Counted from the first letter of the stretch, positions 19,959 through 30,487 are shown. The stretch: 64,000 nt of DNA from an uncultured Desulfatitalea sp. (GCA_963668675.2 CAXXMB010000002.1:3104001-3168000), one strand, 5' to 3'. Notes: generated by a model from the letters alone, not told the origin. Numbers and translations: made by a program.

Positions 19959-22138
19959 TGCAAGACCATACGTCCACCCGCCTGGAGGGCCAGATCGAGC
20001 GGGTCACCTTCCGCAGCACCGATACCCACTACATGATCGCCCGGTTTCGGGTCGCAGACCAAGGTAACCTGGTCACCATTTTGGGGCATCTGCCCGATCC
20101 CAGCCCGGGCGAGACGCTGCGCCTGAACGGTTCCTGGAAACATCACCCCAAGTACGGCCAGCAGTTCAACGTATCCCATTTCGAGGTGCTTCTGCCCTCG
20201 GGGGTCGAAGAGATTCGGCGTTACCTCTCTTCGGGGCTGATCAGAGGGATCGGCCCCAAGACAGCCGAGCGGTTGCTGCTCCATTTCAAGGCCGATACCC
20301 TGTCCGTCATTGAAAACGAACCTCACCGGTTGACCGAGGTACGCGGCATCGGGGCCGAAACCGCACGGCATATCGGTGAGGCGTGGCGTTCCCACCATAA
20401 CGTCAGGGCATTGATGGCCTTTCTGCAGGACAACGGGGTCAAGCCGGCCCATGGGGCGCGTATCTACAAAACCTATGGCGCGGAGGCCCTTTCTGTTCTG
20501 CAGCACGAGCCCTATCGTTTGGCCGACGATTTGCCGCGGATCGGCTTCTATATCGCCGACGCCATTGTGCGCCATTCGGAACTGCCGATCGACGAGATTG
20601 AGCGTGCCCGGGCTTGCCTGCGCTATCTGCTCGAGGAGGCGGCCGACGAGGGCCACATGTTCGTGCCCATGCAAGCGCTGGTCGGGCGCTGCAGCACTGC
20701 ATTCAACCTGGACTTCCATGCGGCTCAGGAGGCGCTGGCGCATCTGGTCGAAGCGGAACAGGTGACGGTTTGCCCCGACGCTCCGGACGAACCGGTCTAC
20801 CTGGCGGCACTCTACGATGCCGAGGAGCTGATCGCCCGACGGCTTCGTGTCATGCTCGAGATTCCTGCTCCCGAACCATCCGTGGATGCGGATCAGATCA
20901 TGGCGGCGGTGGTGAAGCGGCTGGCCATTCAGTTGTCCGACACCCAGTTGGCAGTGCTGGAGAGCGTTTTGAGTCACCGCGTGGTGATCATCACCGGCGG
21001 TCCGGGCACCGGCAAGACCACCCTGATCCGGGCCATCGCCGCTGTTTTTAAGGCCGTGGGCCGTGATTGCTTGCTGGCGGCCCCCACAGGGCGGGCGGCG
21101 CGTCGCATGGCCGAGGTGACCGGACGAACGGCCAGCACACTGCACAAACTGCTTGGATTCAATCTGAGTGAGGGGCGGTTCGAACGCGACCAGGACGATC
21201 CCATCGATGCCCAGGCACTGATCGTGGACGAGGCCTCCATGGTGGACGCCCTCCTTATGGGGCACCTGATAAAGGCGCTTCCCCTGCAGGCCCATCTTAT
21301 TCTGGTGGGTGATGTGTTCCAGTTGCCCTCCGTGGGGCCGGGCACGGTACTGGCCGATCTGATCCAGTCCGGGATAGCCCCCACCTTCGAGTTGACAACT
21401 GTGTTTCGCCAGGCTGCCCAGAGCCCGATCATTTCGGGTGCTCACCGGGTGCGTCAGGGCAGCATCCCCGAATGGGATCCGGGTGCGGTGAAAATAGCGT
21501 TACAGCCGTTCACTTTCATAGAGCAGAAGAGTCCTGAGGACGTTTCCCGGGCCATTGTCGATTTGTGTACCCGGCATATTCCCGAGCAGACAGGTATGGA
21601 CGGTGTGCGCCAGGTTCAGGTGCTGACCCCCATGCACAAGGGCGTTGTGGGGACGTTGCACCTGAACCAGATCCTGCAGGCGGCCCTCAACCCCAGGGCC
21701 TCGGGAGGAAAACCAGTCGGCGGACGTTTCTATCTGGACGACAAGGTGATGCATCTGCGCAACAACTACCAGAAGGAGGTTTTCAACGGCGAGATCGGCA
21801 CCATCTGCGAGGTTGATGGAGAACAGGGGCGGCTCAGCGTCGACTACGACGGCCGGCAGGTGATATACGACGAAGCCGATCTGGATGAACTTTCACTGGC
21901 CTACGCCATTTCGGTGCACAAGTCCCAGGGCTCCGAATATCCGGTGATCGTCCTGCCGCTGGTGACCCAGCACTATGTGATGCTTCAGCGCAACCTGCTC
22001 TATACGGCCTTGACCCGTGCCCGGGAGATGGTGGTTCTGGTCGGTTCGGCCAAGGCCGTACGCATCGCGGTCGAGTCCGATCAGCCGCGCAGGCGGCAGA
22101 CCCTTCTGGCGTGGCGGCTTGAAGGGGAGCGTGCCTAA
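19958..22138 (+). CDS. recD2: RecD2-like SF1B helicase
   Basis: HhH 'IRGIGPKTA', Walker A 'GGPGTGKT', 'DEASM', 'QLPSVGPG', 'YAISVHKSQGSE', 'YTALTRA'. Confidence 0.93.
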   Translation: MQDHTSTRLEGQIERVTFRSTDTHYMIARFRVADQGNLVTILGHLPDPSPGETLRLNGSWKHHPKYGQQFNVSHFEVLLPSGVEEIRRYLSSGLIRGIGPKTAERLLLHFKADTLSVIENEPHRLTEVRGIGAETARHIGEAWRSHHNVRALMAFLQDNGVKPAHGARIYKTYGAEALSVLQHEPYRLADDLPRIGFYIADAIVRHSELPIDEIERARACLRYLLEEAADEGHMFVPMQALVGRCSTAFNLDFHAAQEALAHLVEAEQVTVCPDAPDEPVYLAALYDAEELIARRLRVMLEIPAPEPSVDADQIMAAVVKRLAIQLSDTQLAVLESVLSHRVVIITGGPGTGKTTLIRAIAAVFKAVGRDCLLAAPTGRAARRMAEVTGRTASTLHKLLGFNLSEGRFERDQDDPIDAQALIVDEASMVDALLMGHLIKALPLQAHLILVGDVFQLPSVGPGTVLADLIQSGIAPTFELTTVFRQAAQSPIISGAHRVRQGSIPEWDPGAVKIALQPFTFIEQKSPEDVSRAIVDLCTRHIPEQTGMDGVRQVQVLTPMHKGVVGTLHLNQILQAALNPRASGGKPVGGRFYLDDKVMHLRNNYQKEVFNGEIGTICEVDGEQGRLSVDYDGRQVIYDEADLDELSLAYAISVHKSQGSEYPVIVLPLVTQHYVMLQRNLLYTALTRAREMVVLVGSAKAVRIAVESDQPRRRQTLLAWRLEGERA

Positions 22139-22381
22139 AAAAGCAACTCAACTTTCGGCGTTCAGAATCCGGCGAGTCCAGCAGGTGGCCTGCACCTCGC
22201 GCAAATGCATTCAAGTGCCGCTAAGCTGCAGTTCCGGGCGGCCCGGAAATTACTGGAGAATAATGGATAGCCTCAAAGAATCTTCACTTCGTGTATGGCG
22301 CTCACAGGAATGGCGGAAAAACAAATTTTGGGGTGGTTTACGAACGCGTCAAAGGTTGATCGTGAAACAAGAGGATACGGA

Positions 22382-22828
22382 TCACGAATCGGATTCGGAG
22401 GACGATGGTGTTTCCGATGTGTCGGCGCCCGGAAATTTGAAGAACTGCACCCCCTCTTCGCGCAGGGTCTCCTCCTCTTTTTCCGTGCTCACACCGCGGA
22501 TGTTACGCGGCTCTGTGACACCGTAGTGGATTTTGAGCGCCTCTTTGGCGAATTCGCTGCCCACGTTGTCGAAATTTTTTTCGACATAGTCCGATATGGC
22601 GCGCATGACGATCTCCGCTTCGGCCGGTGTCTTGGGTTTGATCGAAGTGGGTTTTGAACTTTTGATGCCCTTTATCGCAAAGGTGGACGGCAGTCGGGTC
22701 ACTTCGGTATCGTTGCAGACCGGGCAGGCGATCAACTCCTGCTTTTTCTGCTTATCGAACGTTTTGGCGTCTTCAAACCAGCCTTCGAAGCGATGGCCGT
22801 TTGAGCATTGTAAATCGTAAGCAATCAT
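22382..22828 (-). CDS. DUF1178 family zinc-ribbon protein
   Basis: 'MIAYDLQC..GHRFEGWF', 'CPVC', 'VGSEFAKEALKIHYG...IRG'. Confidence 0.88.
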   Translation of the reverse strand: MIAYDLQCSNGHRFEGWFEDAKTFDKQKKQELIACPVCNDTEVTRLPSTFAIKGIKSSKPTSIKPKTPAEAEIVMRAISDYVEKNFDNVGSEFAKEALKIHYGVTEPRNIRGVSTEKEEETLREEGVQFFKFPGADTSETPSSSESDS

Positions 22829-23023
22829 CCCTTTGCCGTCCTTTGGTGTTGTAACAAAAAATTAAAATATCATGATCGGGTTTCTTTTCAAAGAAATTAT
22901 TGACACAAGCCCCATTTTCATCAAAGAATACGGACCATTCCGGCCCATGTCGACCTCCCAGCCGAAAAGGGGCCGGGTTTTGTAGCGATCCGCGGTGATA
23001 AACCCCCAAGGGAGTATGATTCA

Positions 23024-23686
23024 ATGAATGTTAAGATCAAGTTAGGCCTTTGTTTCGTTCTTTGCATGCTGATGAGTGCAACCATCTGCCATGCTGAAAC
23101 CAGATATGTGTCCGAGGATTTCGAAATTACCATGAGGACCGGGCCTGGTTCGGATCGTAAGATCATTTCGCTGATTGCGTCCGGACGTGAGGTGGAGCTG
23201 ATCAATGAGGGCGATGAGTGGTCCCAGGTTCGACTGGCCAATGGCAAGGAGGGCTGGGTTTTGACGCGCTATCTGACCCAGGTGACGCCCACGGCACTTA
23301 AGCTTGAGCGCTTGGAGAGCAAATATGTCGATGTGATTGAGGAAAACAAGGATCTCAAGGAAAAAATGAGTGAATTGAGCTCCGGCAACCGTACTGTCGG
23401 CAGCGAGCTCAAGAAAACCCAGGATGCGTTGGACAAAACCCAAAAGGCATACGATGCCTTGAAGAAAGAGTCTGCCGAGTTTTTGAAATTCAAGGCCACC
23501 TATGAGAAGAACCTCAAGGAGTTGAAGGAGATGCGTGCCAAGGCGGACAAGTTTGAAAGCGAATTCAATAAATTGGCAAATAATCAGCTCTATGAGGGCT
23601 TTCTTTATGGTGGTGGGTTGGTTTTCCTGGGGCTGATCATCGGATTCATTCTCAAAAAACCCAAGCGCAGATCAGGGTTGATGTAA
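23024..23686 (+). CDS. SH3-domain, coiled-coil, C-terminal TM protein (YgiM/TIGR04211-like)
   Basis: Signal peptide, 'RYVS...MRTGPG...GWV', long coiled coil, 'FLYGGGLVFLGLIIG' anchor. Confidence 0.85.
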   Translation: MNVKIKLGLCFVLCMLMSATICHAETRYVSEDFEITMRTGPGSDRKIISLIASGREVELINEGDEWSQVRLANGKEGWVLTRYLTQVTPTALKLERLESKYVDVIEENKDLKEKMSELSSGNRTVGSELKKTQDALDKTQKAYDALKKESAEFLKFKATYEKNLKELKEMRAKADKFESEFNKLANNQLYEGFLYGGGLVFLGLIIGFILKKPKRRSGLM

Positions 23687-23824
23687 GGAAAAAGTAGGAA
23701 AGTTTAAAGTTGGCGATTTTGACCAAATTTGAAAACAGATAGAATTCCTCTGCTTTCCACTTTCGTAATTTCATACTCTTTTTGAGATAACAACCGCTTC
23801 GAGCGTTGACATAAGACAAGCGAA

Positions 23825-25471
23825 ATGACCGACATAAAAACCGACATCCTGATTATCGGCAGTGGCGTGGCTGGATTGATGTTCGCCCTCAAGGTGGCCG
23901 AGCATGGTACGGTCGCCCTTGTGACGAAGAAAGCCGCCATGGACAGCAACACCAACCTGGCCCAGGGCGGTATCGCCACGGTATTTGGAGAGACGGACAG
24001 TTTCGACCTGCACATCCGGGATACGCTCGCTTCGGGGGATGGTTTGTGCAATCCCGATGTGGTGGAGATGGTCGTCAAGGCGGGCCCCGAACGCATTAAC
24101 GAGCTGATCGGAAGGGGGGTTCGCTTTAACCTGCAGGAGGGTGATGACACCCCAGCGGGCCAGACACCACTGTTCGATTTGGGGCGCGAAGGCGGCCATT
24201 CCCAGAACCGTATTGTGCACGCCCATGACATGACCGGCAAGGAGGTCGAGCAGGTCCTCGTCGATCGGGTCCGCAACCATCCGAATATTCAGCTATATGA
24301 AAATCACGTCGCTATCGATCTGATCACCCACTCCACCCGCATCAGACGTGGCCTGGTCACCACCACCCACGAAGACTTTTGTTGCGGCGCCTATGTGCTC
24401 GAACGCGGCACCCGTCAGGTCAAAACCTTCGCGGCCCACATCACCCTGCTGGCCACGGGCGGTGCGGGCAAGGTTTATCTCTATACCAGCAATCCGGATA
24501 TCGCCACCGGCGACGGGATTGCCATGGCCTATCGGGCCGGCGCAACGGTGGCCAATCTGGAGTTTGTTCAATTTCATCCCACATGCCTCTATCATCCCGA
24601 AGCCAAAAATTTCCTGATTTCGGAGGCGGTGCGTGGGGAGGGGGGGGTGCTGATCGACGCTGCTGGCCGTGCATTCATGGGCGACTACGATCCCCAGAAG
24701 GATTTGGCCTGCCGCGATGTGGTGGCCCGGGCCATCGATACCGAGCTGAAGAAGAGCGGTGACGATTCGGTATTCCTCGACATTACCCATCAGCCGGCAG
24801 ATGAGGTTCGTGAACGGTTTCCCAATATCCATGCAAAATGTCTCACTCTGGGCATCGACATGACCCAAAGCCCCATCCCCGTGGTGCCTGCGGCCCACTA
24901 CCTGTGTGGCGGTGTCGTTACCGATATCCACGGCCGAACAGACATCCTCAACCTATATGCGGTTGGAGAGACGGCCTGTACAGGTCTGCATGGGGCCAAC
25001 CGGTTGGCCAGCAATTCGCTGCTCGAAGCGTTGGTCTACGCCGATGCCGCGGCCAAGGAGGTGATCGGGCAACTGCAGGTCAACTCTTTCAACCCATTGC
25101 CCGAGCCGCCGGCCTGGGACGATGTGGGCACCAGCAATAGTGATGAGATGATCGTCATCACCCACAACTGGGACGAGATTCGACGGTTGATGTGGAACTA
25201 TGTGGGCATCGTGCGTTCGGACAAGCGGCTCGAGCGCGCCCAACGGCGTATCGACATCATCCAGAGCGAAATTCAGGACTACTACTGGCATTTCAAGGTG
25301 GTGCCCGATTTGATTGAATTGCGCAATATCGCCACGGTGGCGGAGCTGATCATCACGTGTGCCAGTCACCGCAAAGAGAGCCGGGGGCTGCATTACAATC
25401 TCGAATATCCGCATCGTGATGACCGGCGCTGGCAAAAAGACACGGTTTTGAGAAGACAGGTCGTAAACTAG
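23825..25471 (+). CDS. nadB: L-aspartate oxidase
   Basis: 'IIGSGVAGL', 'AQGGIA', 'REGGHS', 'QFHPT', 'SEAVRGEG', 'HGANRLASNSLLE', 'ESRGLH'. Confidence 0.96.
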   Translation: MTDIKTDILIIGSGVAGLMFALKVAEHGTVALVTKKAAMDSNTNLAQGGIATVFGETDSFDLHIRDTLASGDGLCNPDVVEMVVKAGPERINELIGRGVRFNLQEGDDTPAGQTPLFDLGREGGHSQNRIVHAHDMTGKEVEQVLVDRVRNHPNIQLYENHVAIDLITHSTRIRRGLVTTTHEDFCCGAYVLERGTRQVKTFAAHITLLATGGAGKVYLYTSNPDIATGDGIAMAYRAGATVANLEFVQFHPTCLYHPEAKNFLISEAVRGEGGVLIDAAGRAFMGDYDPQKDLACRDVVARAIDTELKKSGDDSVFLDITHQPADEVRERFPNIHAKCLTLGIDMTQSPIPVVPAAHYLCGGVVTDIHGRTDILNLYAVGETACTGLHGANRLASNSLLEALVYADAAAKEVIGQLQVNSFNPLPEPPAWDDVGTSNSDEMIVITHNWDEIRRLMWNYVGIVRSDKRLERAQRRIDIIQSEIQDYYWHFKVVPDLIELRNIATVAELIITCASHRKESRGLHYNLEYPHRDDRRWQKDTVLRRQVVN

Positions 25472-25498
25472 TTATCCCTATAAAGTGAGAGGTGCCAA

Positions 25499-26977
25499 AT
25501 GAAAATCCGGATTACAAGGTTCACACTACTCCTTTCACTGGGGCTTGCCACAGCGCTGCTTTTGGGCTGCGGCGGCGCCGCATTAAAAGTGGCGCCGGCG
25601 GAGAAGAGCGGCAACCCTACCGACATGGTTTACCAGTTGGGAAAAGCGTTGGAGGAGGCAAAAGCCGATCAGGTGGATGTGCTGTCGCCTACCTGGTTCG
25701 CCCGTGCGGTCTCTTCGCATGCCAGTGCCAAGCTGGGGCTCGAGAAGGGGGTTGAGTTGTCCAGAATATTGGATAATATCGCCAACGGTCGCGCTGAACT
25801 TCAACAGGCCGGCGTGGTTGCACTGAGATCCCGCGATCAACTGGCCGATGCCATTGCAGCTCGCAAAGCCGCACAGGTTGTCAATGCGCAGCAGTTCCAA
25901 AAAGAGTATGCCGATGTAGAGAGCGATTTTTTAAAGCTCACCAAAGCCATGGACGAAAGTGATTTTCGTTATGCGCGTGAACGGCAGAAAGATGTCGGTA
26001 ATCGCTACCGTGAACTCGAACTGCGAGCCATCAGCCGGTCTGCGCTGGGCGATGTTCGTCAACTTTTGGTCAAGGCCGAGCAGATGAAGGTCGATAAAAT
26101 CGCGCCCAAATCCTACGCAGAAGCCAAGCAGTCGCTTGCCGGGGCTGAGGCCTTCATCAGCGAGAACCGCTACGACCAGAAGATGATTCGGAGGAAGGCC
26201 GCCGAGGCCCGTTTCATGGCGGAGCGCTCCATGGTCATCGCAGACTCCGGGCGCCGGATCGAAGAGATGCCGCCCGAAGAGAGTGCCTTGTGGATTGAAT
26301 CGTTTCTATCTGAAACCAGTTCAAAGCTGAATCTGACGGATCACCGAAATGCTTCATTCAAGGAGCAGCAAACCGGCATCGTGAGTGCCATCGGCGCTCT
26401 TCAGAAAGAGTTCGCTTCAGCATCCCAAAGCATTCAGGAAAAAAATCGCATGATCCAACGCCTCGGCGAGCGACTGGCTGAAGTCGAGGGCACTTCACAG
26501 CGTGTGAGGTACGACAAAGAGCAACTGGCCGAGGAGAAGCGCTTCAACGAGCAGTTCGTTATCGTCCAGGGCTATTTCACACCCGAAGAGGCCGAGGTTT
26601 ATAAGAAGTACAACGAACTGATCATTCGTCTGAAGGGGATTCAGTTCCCTGTAGGGCAGGCGGTTATCGTGCCGTCGAACTACGATTTGTTGACCAAGGT
26701 CCAGAAGGCGATCGTTACCTTCGGACAGCCAGATGTGGTCATCGAGGGCCATACCGACAGCACCGGATCCCAGGAGAAGAACCAGGCACTTTCGGAGCAG
26801 CGGGCGCAATCGGTGCGTCAGTATTTGATTGCCAACGGGACATTGCCCTCAAAAAAGATCGCTGCGGCGGGGTACGGTTTCTCCAAGCCCATCGCACCCA
26901 ACGAAACGGCCCAGGGCCGGGCCCAGAACCGGCGTATCGATGTGATTATCAAGCCGGAGATGAAGCGGGGAAAATAG
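25499..26977 (+). CDS. OmpA-family lipoprotein with long helical N-terminal region
   Basis: Lipobox 'LLGC'; C-terminal 'IEGHTDSTG...NQALSEQRA...NRRID'. Confidence 0.88.
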   Translation: MKIRITRFTLLLSLGLATALLLGCGGAALKVAPAEKSGNPTDMVYQLGKALEEAKADQVDVLSPTWFARAVSSHASAKLGLEKGVELSRILDNIANGRAELQQAGVVALRSRDQLADAIAARKAAQVVNAQQFQKEYADVESDFLKLTKAMDESDFRYARERQKDVGNRYRELELRAISRSALGDVRQLLVKAEQMKVDKIAPKSYAEAKQSLAGAEAFISENRYDQKMIRRKAAEARFMAERSMVIADSGRRIEEMPPEESALWIESFLSETSSKLNLTDHRNASFKEQQTGIVSAIGALQKEFASASQSIQEKNRMIQRLGERLAEVEGTSQRVRYDKEQLAEEKRFNEQFVIVQGYFTPEEAEVYKKYNELIIRLKGIQFPVGQAVIVPSNYDLLTKVQKAIVTFGQPDVVIEGHTDSTGSQEKNQALSEQRAQSVRQYLIANGTLPSKKIAAAGYGFSKPIAPNETAQGRAQNRRIDVIIKPEMKRGK

Positions 26978-27019
26978 GCTGGTCGGGCTCTCGGGGTCGG
27001 TTTGGCGATCAACCACCAA

Positions 27020-28309
27020 TCATTCCGAGAGGTTGGTTGCCAGCTGTAGCAACAGGCGCACCGCCCGTGGCATGATCTCCTCGTCAAAATCGAAGTTCTC
27101 GTTGTGATGGCCGCCATAGGTTTGAGAGCAGAGGCCGATATAAGTTGCTTTTCCCCCGTTTCGCAACACTTCGTTCATTATAAAGGTGGCGTCTTCACTG
27201 CCTGCCACAAGGAAGTGGTCGACGATTTCGTCATTTTCAACACCGATTTCCAGACATGCCTTTTTCACTTCTGAAATCAGTTCGGGCGAGTTTTCTGCCG
27301 TTTCGGCATCCGTGATGAAAGTCATGAAGGACTCGACGTTTTGCATCAAGCCGGCCCCGCGCACCACATCTTCGGCCCGACGGCTCAGATAGTCGCAGAT
27401 GTCGTTGGTCTCCCCCCGCAGGTCGAGTACGAAGCGAGCGCTGTCGGAGATGATGTTGGCAGCGTTGTCGGAGACGAAGTTGCCGATATTGATGCGTGAG
27501 GCACCCTGGCTGTGCCGGGAGAGGCCGTAGAGTTGGGTGACGGCGCTGCAGGCGGCCAGCAGGGCATTCTGGCCTGCTTCGGGAGAGGCACCGGCATGTG
27601 CGCAACGCCCTTTGAAGGCGATGTCGTACCGTTTGTCCGCCAGGAACGATACCCCGCAGATGATGTTTCGGTTGGGGATCAGGCCCAGGTGGGTTGCGAA
27701 AAAGTAGTCCAGGGTTTTGACGCATTGAAGTTTTGAGAAGATTTTGCCCCCGCGGATCGTCTCTTCGGCGGGTTGGAAGAAGATGTAGTACTCCCCTTTG
27801 AGGTATTCTGAGGCTTGGGCCAGCGTTTTGGCCAGCATCAGGCCGATGGCGATGTGGCCGTCGTGGCCGCAGGCGTGCATGTTTCCGTTTGTAGCGTAGA
27901 ACCCTTCGGCAAAGGGTCGGTGGGCATTGTCGGTCGATTCGGTCAAGGGCAGTGCATCGATGTCGAACCGGAAGCCGAATTTTGGGCCGGCTGCTTTGCC
28001 ATTGATCACGGCGACCGCCCCTGTGCGGCCGTTGAGTATTTCGATCCACGCTCTGTTCTTTTCGCTCGATGGGGCGGCGGTGCTGCGGCTTTCCTCCCAG
28101 ACCTTGAGCAGTTCAGGCTCGGGGAAGTTTTCGTACAGACGGTCGCCGCAGATCAGGGTGCAGTCGATCTGGGAGAGGTATTGACAGATGGCGGCCGTTG
28201 TCTGGAATTCGTTAAAGCCGATCTCCGGGCATCGGTGGAACATGCGCCGTAAGGTGGTCAGTTCGGACAGCATTTCCTGTTCATTGTCCATGGTCGGGTG
28301 TGCGCCCAT
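27020..28309 (-). CDS. M20D amidohydrolase (AbgA-like)
   Basis: 'HRCPEIGFNE', 'RFDIDAL', 'HACGHDGH', 'QPAEE', 'GSED', 'HH'. Confidence 0.88.
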   Translation of the reverse strand: MGAHPTMDNEQEMLSELTTLRRMFHRCPEIGFNEFQTTAAICQYLSQIDCTLICGDRLYENFPEPELLKVWEESRSTAAPSSEKNRAWIEILNGRTGAVAVINGKAAGPKFGFRFDIDALPLTESTDNAHRPFAEGFYATNGNMHACGHDGHIAIGLMLAKTLAQASEYLKGEYYIFFQPAEETIRGGKIFSKLQCVKTLDYFFATHLGLIPNRNIICGVSFLADKRYDIAFKGRCAHAGASPEAGQNALLAACSAVTQLYGLSRHSQGASRINIGNFVSDNAANIISDSARFVLDLRGETNDICDYLSRRAEDVVRGAGLMQNVESFMTFITDAETAENSPELISEVKKACLEIGVENDEIVDHFLVAGSEDATFIMNEVLRNGGKATYIGLCSQTYGGHHNENFDFDEEIMPRAVRLLLQLATNLSE

Positions 28310-28448
28310 TTGTGCTTTTCTCCCTATAAGTCACATACAAACCCCAAAGTTGATATGTCAAATTATAGCACATGCACACCCGGCTTGCCAGTGGAGGCGT
28401 TTCGGGAAAAAGGAAAGAGGGTTGCTATGTCGGCGTTGGATAGGTGTT

Positions 28449-28607
28449 TCACCAGAGGCCTGTTTTGGCCAAAAGGCCCATCAGCAGCATTGCCATGGTC
28501 AGACAGAAAAAGAGGGTCCGTTCAGCCTCTCTGGTGAAGTGAATTCGGCCTTTCGGCCGAATCCGATGTTCAACTTCGCTTTTTGGGGGAGTTGCTTTTT
28601 TAAACAC
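28449..28607 (-). CDS. Small (52 aa) predicted membrane protein, last gene of DASS module A
   Basis: GTG start with AAGGAG 9 nt upstream, 26 nt after the DASS stop; MFKKATPPKSEVEHRIRPKGRIHFTREAERTLFFCLTMAMLLMGLLAKTGLW with a C-terminal hydrophobic helix. Confidence 0.65.
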   Translation of the reverse strand: MFKKATPPKSEVEHRIRPKGRIHFTREAERTLFFCLTMAMLLMGLLAKTGLW

Positions 28608-28633
28608 CTTTCGTGACTCCTTTCCGATTCGCT

Positions 28634-30487
28634 CTAAAAAGCGGGAAGGTCGCCAAACCCGCGAAAGATCCAATATCCCATTGTTAGCGCCAGGAGGAGG
28701 AGGTTGGCGACTGCCCACATGATGATGCCGACGCGAAGATAGTCTTTGGGCTCGAGGTATCCGCTGGCATAAACGATGGCGTTGGGTGGCGTTCCGATGA
28801 TCATGCAATAGGCGAATGAAGATGCGGCTGCCGTGCTCATGGCGATGAACGGGAGGAAAGTGGTGCCCGGGTGTACCAGTCCGGCCATATTGAGCGAAAT
28901 GGGCCCCACGGCCGCAGCGGCCGGGCCGTCAGCCATCAAGTTTGTGAGTACGGAGGTGAGGGCGTTGTTGATGACCATGAGCGGGGCGCCTGCCTCCATC
29001 CCCAAATGGGATAATGCGTCAATGCAGGAGCGTGCCATCCAATAGGCGGCGCCGGTGCTGTCGAGGGTGCGTCCGAAAATGATGGCGCCGGCGTATAGCC
29101 AGACCACGCCCCAATCCACTTTTTGATGGTAGTCTCGCCAGTTCACGACACCGGCCAGGAGATAGGCCACCGCACCGGCAATGGCGATAACGCCGATACC
29201 GAGGCGGATAGGAATTATGCCGAGATCGTAGAAGACCTTTTCGGTGAACCAGCCGAACACCATGACCAGGAAGATGATCACCGAAACGATCTGCTGCTTG
29301 TTCCAGCCACCCATTTTGTCGATCTCGCGTCTGAGCTGATCCATGGCCGGCGCCAGGGAGTGGATACGCGGTTTGAAGCGCCGGGTGGTGACAAACCAGG
29401 TGATGGGGATCATGCAGATCACGAAGGGCATGGCGTAGCTGACCCACTGGAAATAGCCGATGTCGAATCCGAACATGTCGTTGAGATAGGTCATCATGAT
29501 GACATTCCGCGCGCCGCCGGACGGCGCACCGAAACCGCCGATGTTGCACGCCATGGCGATGCTGATCATCAGCATCTTGGCCAACTCCATGTCTTCGGGA
29601 ATCTCATCCGTCAGGCTGTTCTGGTAGAGCAGGATGCCGATGGGCAGAAACATGGCGGCCAACGCATGGTCGGAGATGAACGCTGCCAGGGGGGCGATGA
29701 TGATGAAGAAGATCAAGGTGATCCAGCGCACATTGGGTACGGCCAACCTCTTGAAAATTGCCATGCAGACGCGCTTGTCAACGCCGGTTTTGACAAAGGC
29801 GGCGGCGAACATGAGGCTGCCCATGATGAACCAGACCGCGTCGTCCCAATAGAGCATGGCCACCTCTTTTCGCCCGACCACGCCGGTAAATACCAGTATC
29901 AACCCGATACAGAAAGCGACACCCGGCAGGGGAATGCATTCGGTAAGAAAGCAAAAAACCACGAACACAACCATGGCGATGGCGACCTTGATATGCCAGG
30001 CGCCCTTTTCGGCGGCCCGTTTGTCATTGCCGTCAAGTTGCTTGTAGTCGAGTTTGTCTTTTCTCAGATCCAGGGCCTGTCCCATTACCGAACTGAATTG
30101 TTCGTCGCTGACATTGGATTCGATATACGCTTTTGCTTTTTCCAAATTTGATGCATCTGCCTGTATATTGTATTTGTGGCACCATTTGTCGTTGCGCTTG
30201 AGAAAGCGTCCTTTGCTCATGGCACCCATCTGCATGTTCTGCTCCATGATCTGCGCAGTGAGTCGCTGCCATTGCTGCGCATCCTCAGGTGTGGTGTTGA
30301 ACAGCGTCCGGGTGATATGCGCCACCACCACCTTGGGTCCCACATTGTATTCGGCTCCCACATCTCTCATACCCGAAAGGGTGGGAAGAGAAAGTATCAC
30401 AAAGAACAGAATCACCGGGATGGAAAAGAGTTTCCAATCCACATATTTGTCGTAACCGGTCGGCTTTGCTTTTTTAACCGCTGCCAT
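28634..30487 (-). CDS. SLC13/DASS-family transporter with a large insertion after TM1
   Basis: 'TECIPL', 'KTGVDKR', 'ACNIGG', 'VDWGVVWLYAG', 'GTPPNAIVY'. Confidence 0.9.
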   Translation of the reverse strand: MAAVKKAKPTGYDKYVDWKLFSIPVILFFVILSLPTLSGMRDVGAEYNVGPKVVVAHITRTLFNTTPEDAQQWQRLTAQIMEQNMQMGAMSKGRFLKRNDKWCHKYNIQADASNLEKAKAYIESNVSDEQFSSVMGQALDLRKDKLDYKQLDGNDKRAAEKGAWHIKVAIAMVVFVVFCFLTECIPLPGVAFCIGLILVFTGVVGRKEVAMLYWDDAVWFIMGSLMFAAAFVKTGVDKRVCMAIFKRLAVPNVRWITLIFFIIIAPLAAFISDHALAAMFLPIGILLYQNSLTDEIPEDMELAKMLMISIAMACNIGGFGAPSGGARNVIMMTYLNDMFGFDIGYFQWVSYAMPFVICMIPITWFVTTRRFKPRIHSLAPAMDQLRREIDKMGGWNKQQIVSVIIFLVMVFGWFTEKVFYDLGIIPIRLGIGVIAIAGAVAYLLAGVVNWRDYHQKVDWGVVWLYAGAIIFGRTLDSTGAAYWMARSCIDALSHLGMEAGAPLMVINNALTSVLTNLMADGPAAAAVGPISLNMAGLVHPGTTFLPFIAMSTAAASSFAYCMIIGTPPNAIVYASGYLEPKDYLRVGIIMWAVANLLLLALTMGYWIFRGFGDLPAF

